NCBI GenBank assembly: GCA_027036005.1
Contig: JALVTJ010000063.1
Location: forward strand, 878-64,877
Length of the DNA stretch: 64,000 bases
DNA from: Nautiliaceae bacterium
Lineage (GTDB): Bacteria; Campylobacterota; Campylobacteria; Campylobacterales; Nautiliaceae
Direction of reading: 5' to 3'
Below the pieces are notes generated by a model, which saw nothing but the letters and a program-made list of their open reading frames with translations, was not told the DNA's origin and did no database searches. Shown here piece by piece: positions 17,862 through 27,487 of the stretch; within the stretch, counting starts at the first letter, position 1; each line of letters opens with the position of its first letter. A program made the translations under genes and the position numbers.

Positions 17862-18417
17862 AATTCAAAAAATAAATATCTTATGCAAAGGAAAATTTTT
17901 AGAGTTTAAAGAAATTTTTTTTAAATACAAAGGCAAAAACAGAGTTTGGGAAGTGTGTTCTTCTATGAACAGCGTTTCTGTTTTGATTTATGATAAGGAT
18001 TTGGATAGCATAATTTTGGTTAAGCAGTTCAGACTCCCCGTTTTTTTAAAAAACAAAGACGGGTTTACATATGAGCTTTGTGCCGGGCTTTGCGATAAAG
18101 ATATGAGTGAGGAAATGACGGCAAAAGAAGAGATTTTGGAAGAGTGCGGATATGATGTGGAAGTTGGGAGATTGGAAAAAATAACCGTTACATATTCGAA
18201 TGTAGGAAGTAGCGGCTCAAAACAGAGCATTTTTTATGTTGAGGTTGGAAATAAGGATAAGGTTCATACCGGAGGCGGGATTGATGATGAAGATATTGAA
18301 GTTGTTGAGTTGAAGAGAAGCGAAATTGAAAAGTTTATATTTGATGAAAATAAAGTAATTACACCAGGAGCTAAATTTGCTTTGCTTTGGTGGATACATT
18401 ATAAAATGAAAAGCTAA
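17851..18417 (+). CDS. NUDIX hydrolase (nucleoside-diphosphate-sugar pyrophosphatase-like)
   Basis: 188 aa. Nudix box GLCDKDMSEEMTAKEEILEECGY. Confidence 0.85.
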   Translation: MMIEIQKINILCKGKFLEFKEIFFKYKGKNRVWEVCSSMNSVSVLIYDKDLDSIILVKQFRLPVFLKNKDGFTYELCAGLCDKDMSEEMTAKEEILEECGYDVEVGRLEKITVTYSNVGSSGSKQSIFYVEVGNKDKVHTGGGIDDEDIEVVELKRSEIEKFIFDENKVITPGAKFALLWWIHYKMKS

Positions 18418-18421
18418 AAAT

Positions 18422-18513
18422 GTATATTGGTATATTATTAGTATATTTGTTAACAATATATCCATAAGAATTCAAATTTATAAATACACAAATATACTAA
18501 TATACTAATAAAC
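18422..18513. repeat. inverted arrays of GTATATT / AATATAC heptamers around a TTGTTAACAA palindrome
   Basis: GTATATT at 18422, 18430 and 18441. AATATAC at 18491 and 18499, with AATAAAC at 18507. 12-nt arms TTAGTATATTTG / CAAATATACTAA. Perfect 10-bp palindrome at 18447-18456. Confidence 0.55.
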
Positions 18514-18528
18514 TAAAAAGGAGAGAGT

Positions 18529-19890
18529 TTGAAACATATATTTAGAGAATATGATATAAGAGGGATTTTTAATAAGGATTTGAATGAAGATGTTGTTAAA
18601 AAAATTGGATATTTTCTTGGTAAAAAAATAAATGGTGATTATGTATTTGTAAGTTTTGATGCAAGGACTCATTCTCCTGTGCTTCACAATTGGCTTGTAA
18701 GCGGATTAAAAAAGGCCGGCAAAAAAGTAATAAGCGGCGGTATGCTTCCCACCGGTGCCAATTATTTTGCAAATTTCAGGTCGTTATGCATTGAAGGAAT
18801 CGGTAAAGTCGATATCGGAGGAAGCGTTCAAATTACCGGTTCGCATAATCCTCCCGAATATAACGGATTTAAAATTACAATCGATAAATCGCCCTTTTAC
18901 GGAAAAGATATTTATGAGTTGGGAGATAAAATAATAAAAAGCGATATTAAAATAGAAAATAATGATAGTGTAATAAAATACGATTTAAGATCTGATTATA
19001 TAGATTATATGGCAAATCAGTTTTCTCATTTGAAAGGTTTGGAAATAAACGGAGTGTTTGATTGCGGAAACGGAGTGGCGGGCGTTGTTTTAAGAGATAT
19101 TTTGGAGCGTATCGGTATTGAAAATTATGAAATATTGTTCGAAAAGCCAGATGGAACTTTTCCGAATCATCATCCGGATCCCACAATTGAAGAGAATTTA
19201 AGATTTGTAAAAGAAACTTTGAAAAAAAGAAAATTTGCATTCGCTTATGACGGAGATGCAGACAGAATTGCATTTTTGGATCAAAAATATAATTATAAAG
19301 GAGATATTTTAGCTTATTTTTTTGCAAAAAATATGAAAAATCCGTGCGTTATTAGTGAAGTAAAAGCTACTCAAATTATGTATGACGAAATTAACAAATT
19401 CGGCAAAGCCATAATGTATAAAACGGGACATAGTAATTTAAAAACGCTTTTAAAAAAAGAAAACTGCGATTTGGCGGCGGAAGTGAGCGGACATATATTT
19501 TTTAACGACAGATATTTCGGGATAGATGACGCAATTTACGTTACGTTTAGAATAATGGAGCTTATTAAAAACGGATTTGATTTTATAGCCGAGTTTAAAA
19601 AACTTCCTAAGGTTTATAATACCGATGAAATGAAAATAAAAACAACGGAGGAGAAAAAATTTCAAATTATCGAGAGATTAAAAAAATATCTAAACGAAAA
19701 CAAGGAAAAATTGCATATTAAAAATATTATCGAAGTCGATGGCGTAAGGGTTGTTTTTGAAGATGGCTGGGGACTTGTTAGAGCTAGTAATACGACGCCT
19801 GTATTGGTTACAAGATTTGAAGCAAAATCAAAAGAAAAACTTAATGAGATTCAATCCACTTTTCAAAAAATTCTTCAACAATTTTTATAA
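18529..19890 (+). CDS. phosphomannomutase/phosphoglucomutase
   Basis: 453 aa. Active-site TGSHNPPEYNG and Mg-binding DGDADR. TTG start after an AAGGAG SD. Confidence 0.9.
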   Translation: MKHIFREYDIRGIFNKDLNEDVVKKIGYFLGKKINGDYVFVSFDARTHSPVLHNWLVSGLKKAGKKVISGGMLPTGANYFANFRSLCIEGIGKVDIGGSVQITGSHNPPEYNGFKITIDKSPFYGKDIYELGDKIIKSDIKIENNDSVIKYDLRSDYIDYMANQFSHLKGLEINGVFDCGNGVAGVVLRDILERIGIENYEILFEKPDGTFPNHHPDPTIEENLRFVKETLKKRKFAFAYDGDADRIAFLDQKYNYKGDILAYFFAKNMKNPCVISEVKATQIMYDEINKFGKAIMYKTGHSNLKTLLKKENCDLAAEVSGHIFFNDRYFGIDDAIYVTFRIMELIKNGFDFIAEFKKLPKVYNTDEMKIKTTEEKKFQIIERLKKYLNENKEKLHIKNIIEVDGVRVVFEDGWGLVRASNTTPVLVTRFEAKSKEKLNEIQSTFQKILQQFL

Positions 19891-19894
19891 TTTC

Positions 19895-19940
19895 TTTAAC
19901 TTCCACTTTTGTCTTAGTTATTGGTTAAAGTTAAATTTTT
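19895..19940 (+). terminator. possible rho-independent terminator after the PMM/PGM gene
   Basis: Arms TTTAACTTCCA / TGG(tta)AAGTTAAA followed by TTTTT. The stem is AT-rich and has a bulge. Confidence 0.35.
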
Positions 19941-20022
19941 CTATTAAAAATATGTTAATTTTATTTAGGAATTGATATTACTTTTTGTAACATAAAATTT
20001 TAATAGCAAAAGTATTAATCTG

Positions 20023-20056
20023 CTTGATTGACATTCACTCAAATTTTTTATATAAT
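20023..20056 (+). promoter_or_regulatory. consensus sigma70 promoter overlapped by a HAIR-like HspR operator
   Basis: TTGACA (20028-33), 17 nt, TATAAT (20051-56). CTTGATT-N7-ACTCAAA (20023-43) compares with the HAIR consensus CTTGAGT-N7-ACTCAAG. Confidence 0.65.
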
Positions 20057-20093
20057 TATTTTAATCAAAATTGGTGTAGTATAAGGAGGGGAA

Positions 20094-20945
20094 ATGAGTA
20101 AAAGTTTGTATGAAGTTTTAGGTGTTAGTGAAAATGCAACTCAGGATGAAATAAAAAAAGCTTATAGGAAACTTGCAAGAAAATATCATCCCGATATTTG
20201 TAAAAAGAAAGAATGCGAAGAAAAATTTAAAGAGATCAATACCGCCTATGAGATTTTGGGTGATGCTGAAAAAAGAAAACAGTATGATGCAATGGGTGAT
20301 AATATGTTTAATGGTCAAAATTTTCAAGATTTCTATCGTCAGCATAAAGATGTAGATTTGGAAGAAATACTTTCGTCTATCTTCGGAGGAGGTTTTGGAA
20401 GAAGCGGCGGTTTCGGCGGTTTTGGAGATTTCGGTTTCGGTGGATTTGGCGGAGGATTTGCACCGGATTTGGATGTTCATGCTAAAATACAGATCCCTTT
20501 TGATGTTGCAATAAAAGGAGGAGTTTTTCCTATAAATTATAACGGGGAGAGTATAAAAGTAAAAATCCCAGAAGGCATTAAAACAGGTCAAAAATTAAGA
20601 ATTAAAGGAAAAGGCAAATCTTATAAAAATCAAAAAGGCGATTTGATTTTGGAAGTTGAAGTTTTGCCTTCAAACGAATGGGAAAGAAAAGGAAACGATT
20701 TATATAAAAAAGTGGATGTTCCTTTAAAAACAATGATTTTCGGTGGAAAAATAAGAATTGATACATTTAAAGGGCATATTAATGTAAAAGTTCCTAAAAA
20801 CTCAAAATGCTGCCAAAAATTAAGAATAAAAGGATACGGCGTTAAAGGCGGAGATTTGTATTTGGAATTAAGACCGGTTATTCCGAAAATAGAAGAGCTT
20901 GATTCGGAACTTGCAAAAATGATGGAAGAAAAATTACCAGGATAA
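20094..20945 (+). CDS. cbpA: DnaJ-class co-chaperone without zinc finger (CbpA-like)
   Basis: J domain with HPD, a G/F-rich linker, no CxxCxGxG repeats, and C-terminal substrate-binding domains. Confidence 0.88.
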   Translation: MSKSLYEVLGVSENATQDEIKKAYRKLARKYHPDICKKKECEEKFKEINTAYEILGDAEKRKQYDAMGDNMFNGQNFQDFYRQHKDVDLEEILSSIFGGGFGRSGGFGGFGDFGFGGFGGGFAPDLDVHAKIQIPFDVAIKGGVFPINYNGESIKVKIPEGIKTGQKLRIKGKGKSYKNQKGDLILEVEVLPSNEWERKGNDLYKKVDVPLKTMIFGGKIRIDTFKGHINVKVPKNSKCCQKLRIKGYGVKGGDLYLELRPVIPKIEELDSELAKMMEEKLPG

Positions 20946-20956
20946 AGGAGGTAAAA

Positions 20957-21322
20957 ATGTATAGTTACGATGAACCGGTATATCTGATAAGCGTGGTAAG
21001 TAAAATTCTTAATATTCATCCTCAAACACTCAGACAATACGAAAGAGAAGGTCTTATTAAACCAAGCAGAACAGAAGGGAGAATGAGGCTTTATTCTCAA
21101 AGAGATATAGACAGATTAAAGCTTATTCTCTCACTTGTAAGAGATTTGGGAGTTAATTTGGCTGGAGTTGAAATAATTTTGCAATTGAAAGAAGAGATAG
21201 AAAATCTTCAAAAAGAAATCGACAGATTAAAAAAACAACAAGGACAAATTCCGAGAAACAGAAGTGTTGTAATAAAAAAAGAAAATTTTCAGCTTGTTTT
21301 AGTTTCCGAAGATTTTGAATAA
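20957..21322 (+). CDS. hspR: MerR-family heat-shock regulator HspR
   Basis: 121 aa. MerR HTH (ISVVSKILNIHPQTLRQYEREGL) plus a coiled coil. Sits directly downstream of cbpA. Confidence 0.88.
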   Translation: MYSYDEPVYLISVVSKILNIHPQTLRQYEREGLIKPSRTEGRMRLYSQRDIDRLKLILSLVRDLGVNLAGVEIILQLKEEIENLQKEIDRLKKQQGQIPRNRSVVIKKENFQLVLVSEDFE

Positions 21323-24205
21323 TTAAAATATATTAAAAGGTAAAGTTAAAGCTCTTTTAAATAAAATAAAAGGGCTTTCAATTCCAAAACCTAAATCTTT
21401 GGTTATTTTCGGATCGTTGGTATTACCATTTACAAAAATGTGGACATGTAAATATCCGTCTTTTCCGAAAAACAGATAGCTTAAAGCTTTTCCGATGACA
21501 GGTATTTTTTTAAGCTTCAGTTTAATTGTTACATTTAATTTTAATTTGATTAAATTTTTATTTAAATTCATATATCCTTTTCCGTTAAAATTAAGGTTAA
21601 TACCGTTTATTTTAATTTGTTTCAAATATAGAATATTATTATAAACAATATAATTTATGAACCCTTTTTGTATTTTATATCCTTTTGAAGAGTAGCCTGG
21701 GGTATTTAATGTTAAAATTGCAGGAATAGTATTAACAAAAGCAATAATATTGTTTAATGCTTTTAAATCTTTTACAATTCCAGAATTTATATAAATTTTA
21801 CCTGTATAAAAATCTTCGGGGGAGCGAACCAAAATAAAATTTAAATCTATTTTAGAAAAATGTTTGAAAAAAGATAAAAGCGGTATTAAAGTTTTGGTAT
21901 TGTAATGTTTTCCTTTTATTAATAAATAGCCGTTTTTTGTAAATCCTTTCAAAGTACTTTTATTATATTTTGCAGTGAATTTAAAATCTTTATTATATTC
22001 AAAGGTTGCTTTTTTTGTAATGAATTTATGATTTTTATATATGAAATTTGTATTTGTTCCTTGAACAATAGCTTTAAAATTATATGATTTCGAATTTTTT
22101 TTGGTGATTTCATTGATTAATTTATCTACACTTTCTATAATTTTTGCCAATCCTATAACATTAAAATTTGTATTTTTTACATAAGCCATTAATTTTTGTA
22201 AGTTTTTTATTTTTACATTTGAATTTTTAGTATTGATTTGAATATTATTTTTAGTTATCAAAAGATTTGCTTTTATATCTCTCGGGTTTTTTTGATTTAA
22301 AATTAAAGGATAATTTAATTTTGCATTTACAAAAATAGCCACTTTATCGTTTAAGAGTTTTATAATTGCCTCTCCGTTTTCAAAAATTTCGTGAAAAATC
22401 GAATATTTTAAAAGTCTTTTTAAATCGTAAAAATATATTGTTTTATTATTTAGATTAACAAAAATCGAACTGTTAAGCAAAAAAATATATTTTTTAATCA
22501 AATCCATAACGATTTTTTCATGAAAATTTTTTATTTGAAGATATTTATCAACATTCAGTTTCTTGATATAAACAAAAGAATTAAAATATTTTTTTTGAAA
22601 ATTAACAGTAATATTTGCATCTATATTCGAATTTAAATATTGATAGGGAAACAAAAAATCCGAAACAATAATGTTTGCTTTCTTTTTATTTCCTTTAATT
22701 GATAAAACATTATAAAAAAATGGTATGGAAAAATTAGTTATTTTAAAAAGGCTTTTTTTTGATTTTACTTTATATTTGATATTCAGATTTTTGAAATTAC
22801 TTGAAAGTGAAATTTTGATATCGTTTTTTCCTTTTTTTTGAATTATTGGTAAATTGATTTTAAAATATTTTAAAATTTGTTTAATATTATGATTTAATAA
22901 AGTTGTTGTATGTGTTTTGAATGTAAAAAAATTTTTTGAATATTTTAAAATATTATTATTAAAATTTATATTATTGATGACAATTTTATTTGTTTTGAGT
23001 GCTTTGTTTTTTACGTTGATAATAGGGGATTGGATAAAAATATTAAAATCAAGTAGTTTTCCTATTATGTCGGTTATAAATATTTTTTTTAAATTTCCAT
23101 TTATTTTTTTTGTTTTTAATGTGAAATATTTATTTTTTAAAATATTTTTGTTAAGGAAAAAGGTCGTTTTGTCATTTTTGTATATTAAAAGTTCTTTTGA
23201 TGTAAAGTTTATTTCATTATTTAATTTTAAATTTTTTGTATATAAGTAAAGATTTTTGTTTTTTAAATTGTAATTTAAAGTGAAATTTTTAGAATAAAAT
23301 TTGTAATTTTTATAATTTGTGTTTTCTTTTTTTGCGTTTAACATTAAAATTTTAGGTTTGAATTCATAAAAAAGGTTTAAAAAGGATAAATATATTTTAT
23401 ACGGAGGATAAATGATATTTGCTTTTTTTGTTTTTAAAAGTATATTTTTATTGTTTATTTTTATTTTATTGTTCAGTAATTGGGCTGTGAATTTATTTTT
23501 TAGCAATATTTTTTTACATATAAGTTTTTCGGAAAAATTATAATTATTAATATTTATATAGCCTCTACTTTTACAATTTTTTAAGATTATTTTTGTATCG
23601 TTGTATTCAATCGGTAAATCAGATACAAAAATGGAATTGTAAATATTTGAGTTTTTGATTTTTAAAGCCAAATAAACAGGTTTGTTTTTGTAAATTGCGT
23701 TTATGTTTGCAAAAATGAAATTAGGAGTATAATAAAAGATAGAAGAAAAATTTTTAAATTTATAATTTTTGTATCTTAAAATATTTAAATTCAAATAAGA
23801 TACATTATATTTTAATTTGAATTTACCTTTTAAATATAAGTCGTTTGAATTTATAAAAATAGTGTTTTTATAAAATTTTATATTTTTAAACATTATTTTT
23901 TCGTTATATTTGATATTTTTAAGGTTTATTTCCTGAAAAAATGGTAATATTTTGGAAAATAAATAAAATTCTTTATGAAGATTAAAAGCTGATTTTTGAT
24001 AATTTTTTGATGAAAAAATATCAATATTATCTGCTTTAAATATTAATTTTTTATCTATTTTTAAAAATATATGAGAAGTTTTTATATAAGGAATTTTAAT
24101 ATTATATAAATTAATGCCTTTAAAGAGGGATATAAAAAAAATGAAAAAAACATATATAATAACGAAAATAATTGCTTTTATGGAGTTTTTTGCGCTTTTG
24201 ATCAT
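21323..24205 (-). CDS. large N-terminally anchored envelope protein, AsmA/YhdP-like (tentative)
   Basis: 960 aa, one N-terminal TM segment, extreme Asn/Lys/Ile/Phe/Tyr bias. The C-terminal ~150 aa resemble AsmA-family C-terminal regions. Family call is from memory only. Confidence 0.55.
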   Translation of the reverse strand: MIKSAKNSIKAIIFVIIYVFFIFFISLFKGINLYNIKIPYIKTSHIFLKIDKKLIFKADNIDIFSSKNYQKSAFNLHKEFYLFSKILPFFQEINLKNIKYNEKIMFKNIKFYKNTIFINSNDLYLKGKFKLKYNVSYLNLNILRYKNYKFKNFSSIFYYTPNFIFANINAIYKNKPVYLALKIKNSNIYNSIFVSDLPIEYNDTKIILKNCKSRGYININNYNFSEKLICKKILLKNKFTAQLLNNKIKINNKNILLKTKKANIIYPPYKIYLSFLNLFYEFKPKILMLNAKKENTNYKNYKFYSKNFTLNYNLKNKNLYLYTKNLKLNNEINFTSKELLIYKNDKTTFFLNKNILKNKYFTLKTKKINGNLKKIFITDIIGKLLDFNIFIQSPIINVKNKALKTNKIVINNINFNNNILKYSKNFFTFKTHTTTLLNHNIKQILKYFKINLPIIQKKGKNDIKISLSSNFKNLNIKYKVKSKKSLFKITNFSIPFFYNVLSIKGNKKKANIIVSDFLFPYQYLNSNIDANITVNFQKKYFNSFVYIKKLNVDKYLQIKNFHEKIVMDLIKKYIFLLNSSIFVNLNNKTIYFYDLKRLLKYSIFHEIFENGEAIIKLLNDKVAIFVNAKLNYPLILNQKNPRDIKANLLITKNNIQINTKNSNVKIKNLQKLMAYVKNTNFNVIGLAKIIESVDKLINEITKKNSKSYNFKAIVQGTNTNFIYKNHKFITKKATFEYNKDFKFTAKYNKSTLKGFTKNGYLLIKGKHYNTKTLIPLLSFFKHFSKIDLNFILVRSPEDFYTGKIYINSGIVKDLKALNNIIAFVNTIPAILTLNTPGYSSKGYKIQKGFINYIVYNNILYLKQIKINGINLNFNGKGYMNLNKNLIKLKLNVTIKLKLKKIPVIGKALSYLFFGKDGYLHVHIFVNGNTNDPKITKDLGFGIESPFILFKRALTLPFNIF

Positions 24206-25058
24206 TTTTACCCTTTTTTATCTTACGAGAGAAGTTCATACATCAAGAGTTGTGTATGTTCCTAACGGCAATACAAATTATACAATAAAAATATTACAAA
24301 AAAGTGGCGTGGATATAATGAATGTGGATAAATTTTTTATATTTTTTATGGGATATCCGCAAGCCGGATGGATTGATTTAAAAGCTACACGAATGACAAA
24401 AGCCGATTTTTTATATAGACTTACTCATAATAAAGCGGCACTTGAAAAAATAATGATAATACCCGGGGAGACAAATTATTTCATTTTTAAAGAAATCTCA
24501 AAAAAGCTTAAATTACCTAATTTTTATTGTAATATCAGCGAGGGTTTTATCAAGCCCGATACTTATGAGCTTCCTATCGGTATGAAACGAAAACAAGTTT
24601 GCAAATATTTATACAAAAAATCTTTAATTTGGCACAAACAAATAGCAAATAGATTTTTTGGCGTATGGAATTATGATAAATATAAAAGATATTTGATAAT
24701 TGCGTCAATTATTCAAAAAGAAGCTGGCAATGCAAATGAAATGAAGTATATTTCAGCTGTGATTTATAACAGATTAAAAAAACATATGAAACTTCAAATG
24801 GATGGAAGTTTAAATTATGGTAAATATTCTCATATTCCGGTTACAGATAAAAGAATAAAAGATGATAATAGTTTTTATAATACATATAAAATTTATGGAC
24901 TTCCAAAAGAGCCTGTATGCACTGTCAGTTTAGAAGCAATAGTAGCGGCGATTTTTCCTGCCAAAGTTAATTATTTATATTTTGTGAAATGCGGAAAACA
25001 TCATTTGTTTTCTACGACTTATAAAGCGCATTTGAGAAATATAAAAAAGTGCAAATGA
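24141..25058 (+). CDS. mltG: endolytic murein transglycosylase MltG (YceG family)
   Basis: N-terminal TM segment. ASIIQKEAG, VIYNRL and YNTY..GLP motifs. Start is uncertain (24114, 24141 or 24180). Confidence 0.88.
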   Translation: MKKTYIITKIIAFMEFFALLIIFTLFYLTREVHTSRVVYVPNGNTNYTIKILQKSGVDIMNVDKFFIFFMGYPQAGWIDLKATRMTKADFLYRLTHNKAALEKIMIIPGETNYFIFKEISKKLKLPNFYCNISEGFIKPDTYELPIGMKRKQVCKYLYKKSLIWHKQIANRFFGVWNYDKYKRYLIIASIIQKEAGNANEMKYISAVIYNRLKKHMKLQMDGSLNYGKYSHIPVTDKRIKDDNSFYNTYKIYGLPKEPVCTVSLEAIVAAIFPAKVNYLYFVKCGKHHLFSTTYKAHLRNIKKCK

Positions 25059-25061
25059 AAT

Positions 25062-25110
25062 AGAGATGAGAGATGAGAGATGGGAAGTTTCAAGTTCAAA
25101 GTTCAAAGTT
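25062..25110 (+). repeat. 7-nt periodic tract, 7 units
   Basis: AGAGATG x3, GGAAGTT, TCAAGTT, CAAAGTT x2, read directly. Lies immediately after the mltG stop. Confidence 0.8.
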
Positions 25111-25145
25111 TCTATATACAAATAACAAATATACCATTATACCAA

Positions 25146-25166
25146 TTTTCCATTTTTCATTTTCCA
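25146..25166 (-). repeat. 7-nt periodic tract, 3 units
   Basis: The minus strand reads TGGAAAA TGAAAAA TGGAAAA. Confidence 0.65.
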
Positions 25167-25234
25167 TTGTTTGCTACTTTTAGTAACAAAAAAACTTTCC
25201 AAAACACTAAAATTGTTACAAATTGTTAAAAAGC

Positions 25235-25243
25235 TGATAAAAT
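25235..25243 (+). promoter_or_regulatory. candidate extended -10 TGATAAAAT (icd operon)
   Basis: Same TGATAAAAT core as the recurring 13-mer. AAAGGAG SD and the ATG at 25268 follow. Confidence 0.45.
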
Positions 25244-25267
25244 TTAAAAAAACAAAAAGGAGATTAT

Positions 25268-27487
25268 ATGAATCCGACGATAGTTTGGACGAAAATAGAC
25301 GAGGCGCCTTATTTGGCCACATTCAGTTTATTGCCAATAGTGGAGGCATTTACAAAAGACGCCGATGTAAATATAGAGCTTAGAGACATTTCTCTTGCGG
25401 GAAGAATTATTGCCGAGTTTAGCGATAAGTTGCCGGAAAATTTAAGACAGCCAGATGAACTTGCATATCTTGGGGAGCTTGTAAATAAACCGGAAGCAAA
25501 TGTAATTAAATTACCTAATATTTCAGCTTCTGTTGTTCAATTAAAAAACGCCGTAAAAGAGCTTCAATCTCAGGGATATCCGCTGCCAGATTTCCCGGAA
25601 GAGCCGAAAAATGCAGAAGAAGAAAAAATAAAACTAAAATATTCCAAATGTATAGGCTCTAACGTTAACCCTGTTTTAAGACAAGGGAATTCCGATAGAA
25701 GACTTGCTAAACCTGTCAAAGATTATGCAAAAGCTCATCCACACAGAATGAGAGATGTAAAAAAAGGATGTAAATCTTATGTAAATCATATGGATAAAAA
25801 AGATTTTTATCAAAACGAACAAAGTTTTGTATCTCCTAAAAATCAGACGGTTACATTCGTATTTGAAGATTATGAAGGAAACAGAGAAATTTTAAAAGAA
25901 TTGCCTCTTGAAAAGAATGAAATTTTAAGCACAAGTTTTTTAAATAGAAAATCTTTAAAAGATTTTTATGCAAAAGCTATTGATGAGGCAAAAGAAAAAG
26001 ATATTTTATTCAGTTTACATCTTAAAGCGACTATGATGAAAGTCAGCGATCCTGTAATGTTCGGGGATGCTATAAGAGTTTATTATAAAGAACTTTTCGA
26101 AAAATTCGCTAATGAACTTAAAGAAATAGGATTTAACCCTAATAACGGGCTATCCGACCTTGAAGCCAAACTTTCAAAATTAGCTCAGGATAAGCAAAAT
26201 GCGATAAAAGAAACACTTAAAGAAATTTATGCAAAAAATCCAAGACTTTATATGGTCGATAGCGATAAAGGTGTTACGAACTTACACAAACCTAATGATG
26301 TCATAGTTGATGCCTCAATACCTGCCGTTATTAAAAACGGTCTTCAAGGATGGGGTCCTGATGGTGAAACGGAAGATTGTGAAATAGTTGTTCCTGATAG
26401 AACATATGCAAGAATGTATAAAGAAATTGTTGCCGATATGGTCAAAAACGGACAATTTGACCCTACAAAAGTCGGAACCGTTCAAAATGTCGGACTTATG
26501 GCGAAAAAAGCGGAAGAATACGGAAGTCATGATAAAACATTTTTCCCTCCAAAAGACGGCTTTATCAAAGTAATAGACGAAGACGGAAACGTAGTAATGA
26601 GCCATGAACTTGAAGCAGGAGATATTTACAGAGGTTATCAGGTAAAAGATGATGCTGCAAGAGATTGGATAAAACTTGCCGTAAACAGAGCGAAAGAGAG
26701 CGGATATCCTATTGTATTTTGGCTTGATAGCAATAGATCTCATGATGCGAATTTAATTAAAAAAGTATTGGAAGAACTTCCTAAATACGATTTAAGCGAT
26801 GTTGAATATTATATTATGGCGCCTGAACTTGCAATGAAATATACTCTAAAAAGATTTAGAGTAGGAGAAAACACTATTTCCGTTACGGGAAATATTCTTA
26901 GAGATTATTTAACTGATTTGTTTCCGATTATTGAAGTGGGAACAAGTGCAAGAACACTCTCAATCGTTCCGTTGCTTGCTGGCGGAGGACTTTTTGAAAC
27001 AGGTGCTGGAGGAAGCGCTCCAAAACATGTAGAGCAGTTTTTAAAAGAAAATCATTTAAGATGGGATAGCTTGGGAGAATTTTTAGCATTAGCCGAATCT
27101 CTAAAATTAGCCAAAAAACAAAGCGGAAACGAAAAAATAGAAATTATCTCGGATGCGCTAAACAGAGCTGTTGCGAAATATCTCGAAAACGATAAAACTC
27201 CTAAAAGAAAAGTTGGTGAACTTGATAACAGAGGAGCTCATTTTTATTTGGCAATGTATTGGGCGAATGAACTTGCAAACTGCGGCGATACTGAATTGGA
27301 AGAAAAGTTTAAGCCTGTTGCAAAAGAATTAAAAGAAAACGAGCAAAAAATTCTTGATGAAATCAAAGCCGCAGAAGGCAAACCTGCGGATATAAAAGGA
27401 TATTATCATCCTGATGAGGATTTAGTTGCAAGATATATGAGGCCAAGCGCAACGTTAAATAAAATTATTGATGCTTTAAGAGGATAA
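25268..27487 (+). CDS. icd: monomeric NADP-dependent isocitrate dehydrogenase
   Basis: 739 aa, the length class of monomeric IDH, with collinear conserved blocks throughout. Confidence 0.95.
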   Translation: MNPTIVWTKIDEAPYLATFSLLPIVEAFTKDADVNIELRDISLAGRIIAEFSDKLPENLRQPDELAYLGELVNKPEANVIKLPNISASVVQLKNAVKELQSQGYPLPDFPEEPKNAEEEKIKLKYSKCIGSNVNPVLRQGNSDRRLAKPVKDYAKAHPHRMRDVKKGCKSYVNHMDKKDFYQNEQSFVSPKNQTVTFVFEDYEGNREILKELPLEKNEILSTSFLNRKSLKDFYAKAIDEAKEKDILFSLHLKATMMKVSDPVMFGDAIRVYYKELFEKFANELKEIGFNPNNGLSDLEAKLSKLAQDKQNAIKETLKEIYAKNPRLYMVDSDKGVTNLHKPNDVIVDASIPAVIKNGLQGWGPDGETEDCEIVVPDRTYARMYKEIVADMVKNGQFDPTKVGTVQNVGLMAKKAEEYGSHDKTFFPPKDGFIKVIDEDGNVVMSHELEAGDIYRGYQVKDDAARDWIKLAVNRAKESGYPIVFWLDSNRSHDANLIKKVLEELPKYDLSDVEYYIMAPELAMKYTLKRFRVGENTISVTGNILRDYLTDLFPIIEVGTSARTLSIVPLLAGGGLFETGAGGSAPKHVEQFLKENHLRWDSLGEFLALAESLKLAKKQSGNEKIEIISDALNRAVAKYLENDKTPKRKVGELDNRGAHFYLAMYWANELANCGDTELEEKFKPVAKELKENEQKILDEIKAAEGKPADIKGYYHPDEDLVARYMRPSATLNKIIDALRG

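Noticed and set aside
25062-25166. Heptamer arrays considered as a CRISPR array or a mini-satellite-encoded peptide gene (the track has ORFs 25137-25322(-) and 25171-25383(+)).
   Set aside because: The units are 7 nt with no spacers, so this is not CRISPR. The ORFs are repeat-generated, lack an SD and overlap the icd promoter/leader and 5' end.
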